A stretch of 64,000 nucleotides of DNA. Source: the human T2T-CHM13v2.0 reference genome, Homo sapiens. Each line of letters opens with the position of its first letter. Within the stretch, counting starts at the first letter, position 1. Of the stretch, positions 53,330-64,000 are shown piece by piece. Location: assembly GCF_009914755.1 (NCBI RefSeq), contig NC_060929.1; one strand, 5' to 3'. Below the pieces are notes generated by a model. It saw only the letters and a list, made by a program, of their open reading frames with translations. It was not told where the DNA came from and did not search any database. A program made the translations under genes and the position numbers.

Positions 53330-53890
53330 GTTTGTAGCTCAATCCTGATTTTTAGACTAATACTACTTGATTGTCTACTAAGTATGAAAACTTAATGTAT
53401 CCAGAATTTAAATCCCAATCTTCTTGCCCCAGATATGCTTGACGTGGACTCTTACTCATCTGTAAATGGATTATTGATCCTTTCCAGCCACTTGGCTTTC
53501 TTGCTGCCCAAAATGTAACACATGTCCACTCTTACTGATCTCTTTCTAAAATACTCTTCATGGTTTTTAATCCTCATCTCTTTTATCTCTTTGTTCAGAT
53601 GTCACTGTGATGAGACATCCTCTATTTAGACCTTCGTCTCTTGTCCCGACTCCTCTAACCTTGCTCCTTGCTCTGAATCATTTTTCTCCATCGCACTTAA
53701 CAACATGCAACATGATATATGATTTGATTATTTTGTTTTTTGTTGTTGCCATCCATGGAAATGTAAGCTCCATGAGGGCAAGCATTTTTTGTTTATTTGT
53801 TTTCTTGTTTTATTCATCAAAGTCTCCCTAGTGCCCGGAATAGTTTCTGGCACATAGGAATTCAACAAACATTTGTTGAATAGTGAGTGA
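53330..53890. mobile_element. L2 3' remnant
   Basis: aatgtaagctccatgagggca...ccctagtgcccggaatag..tggcacatagg..caacaaacatttgttgaatagtgagtga. Confidence 0.8.
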
Positions 53891-54395
53891 GATGTGACAT
53901 TATGCAACTATTGAAAAGAAAAGGAGCATAAGCATATCACCTGCAATTTTATATTCAAATAAAATCTATTGATTTTAGTAGTTTTAGGTAGCTATATAAT
54001 TATTTCCATGGTTTGGAATTGATTTAAGAGGCAGCTTGCAAGTCATTATTAATGTCAGTTTAATTACTTTAGAGTTACAGCTCATTTTGGACCCCAAACA
54101 GAATTACCCGTCTTGAACCCCACTTTGTTCATCAGACTTGACTCTGGTAATGGTGCGGTGAAAACTGCCATTAGTTATTTTCAATAATCTTTTCCCTTAG
54201 TCAATAATTTTTCATTTGCAAGTAACAGATATATACTTAAACTATCAAAGTTATATAGTTTGTTGATAGTAATTCACATTGTTTTCTATTTTTCCCCTTG
54301 CCAATCCTGAAAATAGTTGCATTTTGTCTTCCCTGCCTTAGCATGGTTTAGTTGCAGGGTCAAAGCAGAAACAGCCTGAGGTCAGTTCTCTTCCT

Positions 54396-54440
54396 GTTTT
54401 TTTTTTGTTTTTTTTTTGTTTTTTTTTGTTTTTTTTTTTT
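54396..54440 (+). repeat. (GT9-ish)n poly-T repeat
   Basis: Four T runs separated by single G. Confidence 0.9.
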
Positions 54441-54865
54441 CAGTTTAGAAAGCTTAGGCATTTGAGAGGTTCATGGTAGGGTGACCTAGAATGGGAAGAG
54501 AGAAGTTGGTATTATTGAGGAGACAGTGATGACAGAAGAGATGAGAAAGGGAACAGATATTTTTTTCTGAAGACTAAGAAATGGCCATACTTGAAATTCC
54601 CTGAGCACATAATTACGGCTGCTGTGTTGTCTCCCAAGAATGTGACAGAGCTTGGAAGAAAATGGCTGTATGTTGCTTCTAGGGCTAGTCTTCACAGAAG
54701 AGGGGTACTACAAGGTGTCTCATTGAATCCAATGGAAGTAAACAAAGTTGAGCTTCATGAGAGACTGAGATTGGAAAGCATAAAATCTGTCAGGGAAGCC
54801 AAGGAAAATGGCAATACCATCTCTCTTAGTTCATTTGATGCTGCTACAACAGAATCCAGTTGTAC

Positions 54866-56245
54866 TGAGAGGTGACAGTGTGCTGGCAGCCCTCACTCGC
54901 TCTCAGTGCCTCCTCTCCCTGGGCTCCCTCTTTGGCGGCACTCGAGCCCTTCAGCCTACCGCTGCACTGTGGGAGCCCCTTTCTGGGTTGGCCAAGGCCG
55001 GAGCCAGCTCCCTCAGCTTGTGGGGAGGTGTGGGGGTAGAGGCGCCCATGGGAACTGGGGCTGCGCACGGTGCTTGTGGGCCAGCGCGAGTTCCGGGTGG
55101 GCGTGGGCTCGGCGGGCCAGCACTCGGAGGGGCGGGCTGGCCCCACTGGCCCTGGGCAGTGAGAGACTTAGCACCTGTTCCAGCAGCTGCTGTGCTCAAT
55201 TTCTCGCTGGGCCTTAGCTGCCTTCCCGTGGGGCAGGGCTCGGGACTTGCAGCCCACCATGCCTGAGCCTCCCCCGCCCTCCGCTCCTGTGCAGTGGAGC
55301 CTCCCCGACAAGCTCCGCCCCCTGCTCCACGGTGCCCAGTCCCATCCACCACCCAACGGCTGAGGAGCGTGGGTGGGCGCATGGCGTGGGACTGGCAGGC
55401 AGCTCCACCAGCAGCCCTGGTGCAGGATCCACTGAGTGAAGCCAGCTGGGCTCCTGAGTCTGGTGGGGACTTGGAGAACCTTTATGTCTAGCTAAGGGAT
55501 TGTAAATACACCAATCGGCACTCCGAATCTAGCTCAAGGTTTGTAAACACACCAATCAGCACTCTGTGTCTAGCTCAGGGTTTGTGAATGCACCAATCGA
55601 CAGTCTGTATCTAGCTACTCTGGTGGGGACTTAGAGAACCTTTGTGTGGACACTGTATCTAGCTAATCTAGTGGGGTCGGAGAACCTCTGTGTCTAGCTC
55701 AGGGATTATAAACGCACCAATCATCACCCTGTCAAAACAGACCACTCGGTTCTCTGTAAAATGGACCAATCAGCAGGATGTGGGTGGGGCCAGATAAGAG
55801 AATAAAATCAGGCTGCCAGAGCCAGCAGTGGCAACCCACTGGGGTCCCCTTCCACACTGCGGAAGCTTTGTTCTTTTGCTCTTTGCAATAAATCTTGCTG
55901 CTGCTCACTCTTTGGGTCCACACTGCCTTTATGAGCTGTAACACTCACCGTGAAGGTCTGCAGCTTCACTCTTGAAGCCAGCGAGACCACGAACCCACCA
56001 GGAGGAAGGAACAACTCCAGACGTGCTGCCTTAAGAGCTGTAACACTCACTGCCAAGGTCCGCAGCTTAACTCCTGAGCCAGTGAGACCTCGAACCCACC
56101 AGAAGGAAGAAACTCCGAACACATCCGAACATCAGAAGGAACAAACTCCAGAGGCGCCACCTTAAGAGCTGTAACACTCACTGCGAGGGTCCGCGGCTTC
56201 ATTCTTGAAGTCAATGAGACCAAGAACCCACCATTTCCGGACACA
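54866..56245 (+). mobile_element. LTR12C-like (ERV9) solo LTR
   Basis: TGAGAGGTGACAG... to ...CCGGACACA; perfect TSD GTAC at 54862-54865 and 56246-56249; GC-rich 5' part, 41-bp CCAAT repeats, U5 repeats. Confidence 0.96.
55490..55892 (+). promoter_or_regulatory. ERV9 LTR enhancer/promoter
   Basis: CCAAT at 55511, 55552, 55593, 55717 and 55766; GGGTGGGG; AGATAA at 55792; TATA-like AATAAAA at 55801; polyA signal at 55887. Confidence 0.75.
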
Positions 56246-58333
56246 GTACCTCCTTATTCATGGTTTCAGTTATCCATGATAAACCACAGTCTGGAAATAT
56301 TAAATTGACAATTCCAGAAATAAACAATTCATAAACTTTAAGTTGCATGCCATCCTGAGTAGTGTGATGAAATCTCATGCCGTTCTGTTTCATCCCACTC
56401 TGAACGTGAAGCATCCCTTTCTGCAGCACGTCCATGCCGTCTATGCTGCCTGCCTGTTAGTTACTTAGTAGCCATCTTCTTATCACATCAACTGTCACAG
56501 TATCCCAGTGCTTGTGTTTAAGTCATACTTATTTTACTTAATAATGGCCCCAAAGTGCAAAAGTAGTAAGCTAGAAATTAGGATTTGCTAAAGAGAAGCC
56601 ATATAGTGCTTCCTTTAAGTGAAAAGATGAAAGTTCTTAATATGCTGAGCTTGCTAAGATCTACAGTAAGAATGAATCTTCTATTGGTGAAATTATATTC
56701 TTATAATTTTTCTACTTTATTATTATTTATTGTTAATCTCTTACTGTGCCTAATTTATGAATTAAACTTTAACATGTATGTATAGAGAGGAAAAAACAGT
56801 ATATAAAGTTCGGTACTATTTGTGGTTTCAGGCATCCACTGGGGGTCTTGGAATGTATCACTTGTGGATGAGGAAGGGACTACTGTACTATTGAGTGGGT
56901 AATTTATAAAGAGCAGACATTTATTTCTCACACTTCTGGGGCCTGGAAATCCAAGACCAAGGCACCACCATTTGGTGTCTGGTGAAAGCTGCATCCTTTG
57001 GAGGAGGGGAATGCTGTGTCCTCACATGGCAGAAATGGGGAAGAGAAAAGTAGGTGAACACTGTGCTGCATGAAGCCTCTTTTAAAAGAAACTTAATTCC
57101 GTTAATGAGGGAGCAGCCCTCATGGCCAAATTACTTCTTAAAGGCCAGACTTCTTGGTACTACCACATTGGCAACACCAGAATGTTGGAGGGATTAAGTT
57201 TCAACATCAATTTTTGAGTGAACAAACCATTTAATCCATAGCACTATCTCTCTGAAGCTGAGTCTTCTTTCCCTCTTTGAAGGCTAGCTTTGCCTGCTTC
57301 AAAAATGGCTTCCCCCAAACTGGATTTATCTCACTTCCGATTCCAAGAAGGACACTGGCAAGAGTCAGTCAAGTTTTGTCTAGCATTAGGACATTGGAAA
57401 TTGCTGTTACCAATCTCTAGGAGCATTGTGAGCAGGAGCTGAGAAGAAAGATGGGAAAGTTAGTGAATTTATTAGTCCCTATACTTTAAAAGTCTAGTAC
57501 CCAGAACTTTGTTATGGCTATTTCCTGGTTTCTGGGACAGAAGCATTTTGGTATTCAAGATAAAACTCCTGTCCAAGAAAGCCCATTTGGATGGAAGAGC
57601 AAAAAGCTTCTTAACTGAACTGAAAGGTGGGGTTGGTTCTTCTTTACCAAAAGAAAAATATAATCATCTACTGATGAGATTGTTAAAAAAAAAGAAAAAA
57701 AAAAAAAAAAGAAGAGTCAATTGACTTGTAGATCATGAATGGGTAGATGTGGGGCCAATTTACTGTTATGTGTGAAAGGCTGCATGGAGCAATCAGGGCA
57801 ATAGCATCTTCAGCATTAGATCTTTAGGTAGTTAAAACCAAGATACTGTTCCAGGACCCTAAATACTCTTACAGGTTGGTGAGAAAAGAAAGGGAAGAAT
57901 AGACTGCTTCTTTCTTCCTTATTTCTAAAAACCTGGCTTTCAATTATATTAAAATGTTAATCTGCCTCCATTGCCATAGTCAATACTTTAATTACATAAA
58001 AATAAATTGTAAATGAAGGAAGAGCATATGCTAGAATTATAACAAATGAGTAGTACATATTTTCAAATAATGTAGTAGGTTGGAATTTTGCAGATGACTG
58101 GTAAATTGTTAAATACAATGAATAAATAAAACAATGTGTACAGTTTTACATTCTGATTGCAGAAAATATTTTAGTAAACTTACAGAAATTTACTCTGAAA
58201 GTTCATACTTGAGTATGAACTCTAGAACACCTTATGTAACAGAAAATAAAATACCTTAGGAATCTAAAGCCAAAAAAACTTAAGAATAGAATGTAAGAAA
58301 GTTTATCATAGATTGTTAAGAAAATAAAGAGCT

Positions 58334-59335
58334 GTAGTGAACATATGCATGCATATATCTTTATAACGGAATGATTTATAATTCTTTGGGTATGTACCCT
58401 GTAATGGAACTGCTGGGTCAAATGGTATTTCTGCCTCTAGGTCTTTGGGGAATACCACACTGTCTTCCACAAGGGTTAAACTAATTTACACTCCACCAAC
58501 AGTATAAAGCATTCCTTTTTCTCCTTATCCTCACCAGAATCTGTTGTTTTCTGACTTTTTAATAATTGCCGTTCTGACTGGAGTGAGATCGTATCTCATT
58601 GTGGTTTTTTATTTGCATTTCTCTAATGATCAGTGATGTTGAGCTTTTTTTCATATGTTTTTTGGCCACATGAATGTCTTCTTTTGAGACGTGTGTGTTC
58701 ATATCCTTTGCCCACTTTTTAATGGGGTTGTTTGTTTTTGTGTGTGTGTAAATTTAAGTTTCTTGTAGACTCTGGATATTAAACCCTTGTCAGATGGATA
58801 GATTGCAAAAATTTTCTCCCATTCTGTAGGATGTCTGTTCACTCTGATGATAGTTTATTTTGCTGTGCAGAAGCTCTTTAGTTTAATAACAAACACATGG
58901 AATCAACTAACCCAATTGCCCATCAAGATAGACTGAATAAAGAAAATGTGGTACATATATACCATGGAATACTATGCTGCCACAAAAAGGAATGAGATCA
59001 TGTCCTTTGCAGGAACATGGATGGATCTGGAAGCTGTTTTTCCTCAGCAAACTAACCCAGGAACAGAAAACCAAACACCATATGTCCTCACTTATAAAAG
59101 GGAGCTGAATGATGACAACACCTGGACACACTGGGGGAAACAATACACACTGGGGCCTGTCAGTGGGGGAGGGGGGAAGGAGAGCACCAGGAAGAATAGC
59201 GAATGGATGCTGGGCTTAATTCCTGGGTGATGGGTTGATCTGTGTAGCAAACTACCATGGCACACACTTACCTATGTAGCAAGCCTGCGCATCATGCACA
59301 TGTACCCTGTAATTTAAAGTAAAAGTTGAGGAAAA
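58334..59335. mobile_element. 5'-inverted (twin-primed) L1PA insertion
   Basis: 58334-58887 is antisense ORF2 and 58885-59335 is the sense 3' end with an A tail; TSD aaaataaagagct at 58321-58333 and 59336-59348. Confidence 0.9.
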
Positions 59336-59349
59336 AAAATAAAGAGCTC

Positions 59350-59651
59350 AGCCGCGCGTGGTGGCTCACGCCTGCAATCCCAGCACTTTGGGAGGCCGAG
59401 GTGGGCGGATCACGAGGTCAGGAGATTGAGACCATCCTGGCTAACATGGTGAAACCCCGTCTCTACTAAAAAATACAAAAAATTAGCCGGGTGTGGTAGC
59501 GGGCGCCTGTAGTCCCAGCTACTTGGGAGGCTGAGGCAGGAGAATGGCGTGAACCCGGGAGGCAGAGCTTGCGGTGAGCAGAGAGGCGCCACCGCACTGC
59601 AGCCTGGGAGACAGAGCGAGACTCTGTCTCAAAAAAAAAAAAAAAAAAAAA
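59350..59651 (+). mobile_element. AluY
   Basis: gatcacgaggtcaggagat, ggagaatggcgtgaacccgggagg; A21 tail; TSD aaagagctca/aaagatctca. Confidence 0.96.
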
Positions 59652-61473
59652 GATCTCAAGGAAGGCAAACACAAATTGTTCAGGCAATACTTAATAGGGA
59701 AACATAGTAATGTTTTCTAAAATCTTCAGACTCTTAAAATTAATTTCTATTTTATTAATAGCCTCGCATCTTTTATGTATATGTGAATGAAAAAAAGAAT
59801 AAATTGAATGATACTCTCTAGTTTGCAGATCAGGCTTTTGTTCTGTTGTTGTTTAGACCTGTTAATTCATTTATAAAACTCTCATTTTGGAAGTATGGAG
59901 TTATTTTTGTATGGAAGTTAATTGTTTTTAAATGGTATGACTTTTTTTTTTTTTTTTTTTTTTTTTCTTCCGTGAGCATTTCGATGCCTGGAAGCGGGAA
60001 ACCTGATTTAGCTATCTGTTGCCGTCTTGGTCTTTATTTTAGCTAGGAAGACTAAAGGGCTGCATGTTAACCTCTCCTTGAACTCAGGGATTAAATCTAG
60101 TTGGTTATCTTAAGTTTAATAAGTAGTATCCATGAGCACAATGATTCCTTTAAGTGACTTTATTAATTAAACAGCTTAAAACAATTGCTTGAGACATGGC
60201 TATGGCAAGAAGCCTTGGGAGTACTGAGGTACTTCTGAGAAAGGGAGTAGGGCACTCTGTCAAAGACTCTGGAAGGTTCAATTGTGTCTTTTGTTTTATA
60301 CTTGAAATGCTGGACCCGCTCAATGAATTAGCAGGAAGTGACACATACTGAGTCGTGGACACGCATTCACATGCTAGAAGACATTATTAATGCCTCAGGA
60401 ATGGTGGAAAATTCTTTCTTCTACTTATTTTTATAAATTATTGTTTCTCCCTCCATTGTACCTAGAGCTAGAGGGAATTGTCATAATAATGTTAGAGGAG
60501 GATGATTTTGTATGACGTTTGTGAATCCACATTATACCTATTTGAGAATAAGTGCCCTCAGTGTTCTTGGTACTCAATGCACTGTGGAAGTGAAATAATG
60601 CCTGCTTGCTCTTCCAGAGTTTGCAGTTTAGCACAGGAAAGAGGGAGACAACGATTGAAAACCAGAAGTAGCTGAAAAATGAGAAAAAAGATCTGTAAAC
60701 ACTAGGCTGGGAGGTTTACTATAGCAGAAAGCTCATGTACACCTGAGAAAATGTTCACCTAAGCTTGGCAACGATTTTGAAGAAGCACAAGTTATGGTAC
60801 ATTTTAAAGGAAGAGTAGTACCAATCTTAATGTCTTAACTAGGCTAAGATCTATGACCCTTAATTGACAAAAACTATCTACAACTGAATTACAAAATATT
60901 TCTGAAAGTCAATAAATGAATCTATATTAGTCAAAAAATACGTTAACCGGTGGATAACATGATTACAGTAGTGTCGAAGGAAAGGAAACAACGTTTATCA
61001 GTTGGCTTACTTATTTTTCAGTTTCATCTATTTCCTAAAATTATATTTGTGACTTAGAACAAAGTAAGCATCCTAAGAATGTAGTACATGGGCTTTGCAT
61101 AAATACAGCCACATGTGCTATAAAATAGATGTGAAACATCAAACTCACTCTCCCTCCAATCATGTGGCTTAAATAGCCAAAGGTGTACTATACACTTGTG
61201 TAATATTTTCTCTCTTTAATTCTTCCTTTTATCATTAAAAAGGCATGAATTATCGTGCTGTATAAATAGAAAAATATGATAATGTGTGTGCATCTTGAAG
61301 AAGAAGGCTCTCATTCCATTTAAAAAATAAATTCCAGATTAGGAGGAGCCAGATTGTAACATTTTGGATCTACGACCGCTATTTGCTTTGCCACCTGAAT
61401 GACACAAAGAACACTGTTTGTGCAGTGTTGTGTGTGCCTCTTTATAGAACTTGCATGTTTTCCAATTTGTATA

Positions 61474-63816
61474 CATGCATACTTTGTTTTATTGTACTTT
61501 ATTGCACTTCTCAGATTTTACAAAGATTTGAAGGTTTGTAGCAACCCTGCATAGATCAAATCTGTTGGCCTAATTTTTCCAACAGCATTTTCTCATTTTA
61601 TGTCACATATTGATAATTATTGCAATATTTCAAGTTTTTCATCATTATTTTATCTGTTATGGTGATTCATAATCAATAATCTTTGATATTACTATTGTAA
61701 TTGTCATGGGGCCCACAAACCACACCCATATAAGATGGCAAACTTAATAAATGTGTGTCTTCTGACTGCTCCACTCACCAACTGATCCTCATCTCCCTCC
61801 TACTTAGGGCCTCCTTATTCCCTGAGACACAATAATATTAAAACTAGGCCAATTAATAACCTGAAAATGACCTCTAAGTGTCCAAGTGAAAGGAAGAGTT
61901 GCATGCCTCCCACTTTAAATCAGAAGTTAAAAATAATAAAGCTTAGTGACCAAGGCATGTCAAAAGCTGAGATAGGCCAAAAGCTGGGCCTCTTAAACCA
62001 GTTAGCCAAGCTGTGAATGCAAAGGAATAGTTTCTTAAGGAAATTCAAAATGCTACTCCAGTGAACTCATGAATGATAAGAAAGTGAAACAGCCTTATTG
62101 CTGATATGAAGTTTTGAGTGGTCTGAATAGAAGACCAAACCAGCCACAACATTCCCTTAAGCCAAAGCCTAATCCAGAGGAAGTCCCTAACTCTCTTTAA
62201 TTCTATGAAGGCTGAGAGAGATGAGGAACATTCAGATTTGAAAAGATCTGAAGCTAGGAGAGGTTGGTTCATGAAATTTGAATAAAGAAGCTGTCTCCAT
62301 AACATATGAAAGTAACCATGCAAGGTGAAGCAATAAGTTATCCAGAAGATCTAGCTAAAATCATTGATGAAGGTGGCTACACTAGTCAGATTTTCAGTGT
62401 AGATGAAACAGCCTACTATTGGAAGAAGATGCCATCTAGGACTTTCACAGCTAGAGAAAAGGCAATGCCTGGCTTCAAATCCTCAAAGGACAAGTGACTC
62501 TCTTGTTAGGGTTTATGCAGCTGCTGACTTTAAGTTGAAGCCAATGCTCATTTACCATTCTGAAAATCCTAAGGCCCTTAAGAATTTGCTAAATCTACTC
62601 TGCCTGTGCTCTATAAATGAAGCCAGAGAGCCTGGATGACATCATATCTGTTTATACATGGTTTACTGAATATTTTAAGCTCACTGTTGAGACCTACTGC
62701 TTAGACGAAAATATTTCTTTCAAAATATTGCTGCTCATTGACAACGTATCTCATTTCCCAAGAGTCCTGATGGAGTTGTATAAGGAAATTAACAATTAAT
62801 GTTGTTTTCCTGCCTACTAACACAACATCTATTCTGTAGTCCATGGATCAAGGAATGCTTTCAACTTTCAAGACTTATTTAAGAAATACATTTTTTTTAA
62901 GGCTATAGCTGCTGTAGATAATGATTCCTCTGATGGATCTGGGCAAAGTAAATTGAAAAACTTCCGGAAAGTATACATTCTAAATGTCATTAAGAAAATT
63001 TGTGATTCATGAGGGGAGGTGAAAGTATCAGCATTAATGGCGGTTTGGAAGATGTTGATTCCAATTCAAATGTATGACTTTGAGGGCTTCAAGGCTTCAG
63101 TGGAGGAAGTAACTGCAGATGTGGTGGAAATAGCAAGAGGCCAGAAGTGGAAACTGAAGATGTGACTGAATTACTGAAATCTCATAATCAAACCTGAACA
63201 GATGAAAAATTTGCTTCTAATGAATGGGCAAAGAAAGTGGTTTCTTGAGTTGGAATCTACTCTGGGTGAAGATGCTGTGAACATCATTGATATGATAACA
63301 AAGGATTTAGAATATTACATAAACTTAGTTGATAAAACAGCTGCAGGTTTTGAAACATATGACTACAATCTTGAAAGAAGTTCTACTGTGGGTAAAACGC
63401 TATAAACAACATTGCATGCTACAGAGAAATCTTTTGGGAAAGAAAGGGTCCATTGATGTGGCAAACTTCATTGCCATCTTATTTTAAGAAATTGCCACAG
63501 CTACTCCACCTTTCAGCAACCACCACCTTGATCAGTCAGCAGCCATCAACATGGAGGCAAGACCCTCTACCAGCAAAAAGGTTATGGCTTGCAGAAGACT
63601 CCGATGATCATTGTTTTTTTTTTTTAGCAATAAATTATTTTTAAATTAAGGTATACATATATATTTTAAGACACAATGCTATTGCACAGTGCATTTGTAT
63701 CAACATAGCTTTCATATACATTAGGAACCCAAAACAATTTGGGTGACTCACTTTATTGCTACGTTCGTTTTATTGTTGTCTGGAACCAAACCTGCAATAT
63801 CTCTGAGGTATACCTG
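61474..63816 (+). mobile_element. Near-full-length Tigger1 (pogo-like) with decayed transposase
   Basis: TA|catgcatac...gaggtatacctg|TA; transposase pieces [60 protein letters not shown]. Confidence 0.95.
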
Positions 63817-64000
63817 TATATGTCAAGGTTTTTGGGTTTTTTTTGTTTTTTTTTAAACCAGACTTTAAATTTCCTAATAGTGCTCTCTGTCTTTTGTTCA
63901 CTTAGCTGAATTCCTTGAAAACAGAGCCACACAAATGTGGTCATAAAGGGAATTAAATTAAGAGCAAGTATCCATGGTACATGATAAAAGGAACAAGACC

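Larger units (their letters stand above)
54857..56885 (+). mobile_element. MER44 (Tigger7-derived), split by LTR12C in its left TIR
   Basis: cagttgtac|ctccttattc rejoins to a left TIR; body attccagaaataaacaattcataa, gtgcttcctttaagtgaaaag; right TIR gggactactg|TA. Confidence 0.85.
54822..57243 (-). mobile_element. MaLR LTR (MLT1A/MST-like), split by MER44 and LTR12C
   Basis: tctcttagttcatttgatgctgctacaacagaa (54822-54854) joins ...gggtaatttataaagagcagacatttatttctcac (from ~56886) and ends aatccatagca; TSD ccatc/ctatc. Confidence 0.8.

Noticed and set aside
54808-56244. Cluster of overlapping 60-150 aa ORFs and CpG-island-like GC content
   Set aside because: Entirely within the GC-rich LTR12C; no gene promoter or CDS evidence.

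Overview
Primate (very likely human or ape) non-coding DNA, judged from AluY and LTR12/ERV9 content. It is dense in interspersed repeats: 13 Alus, several L1s including a ~6.2 kb L1MA-type copy, L2/MIR fossils, solo LTRs, and Tigger/Charlie DNA transposons including a near-full-length Tigger1. No conventional protein-coding exon chain, RNA gene or CpG-island promoter can be supported; almost all listed ORFs are repeat artefacts. The only gene-derived sequence is a processed retrocopy of the microprotein gene SMIM30 (LINC00998/MAVI1) inside L1 ORF2 (~40996-42025). It has lost its ATG and frameshifted its end, yet is open as a 109-aa ORF from a new upstream ATG. Other notable structures: a 3x32-bp repeat that triplicates an AG|GT splice acceptor ahead of a perfect donor; a twin-primed L1 whose target site was reused by an AluY; a three-level MaLR>MER44>LTR12C nest; a perfect 16-bp palindrome; a closely spaced inverted Alu pair; and a ~590-bp alternating purine-pyrimidine tract. 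I see no convincing new multi-gene system. Family and subfamily names and the SMIM30 comparison come from recalled sequences, not from a database search.
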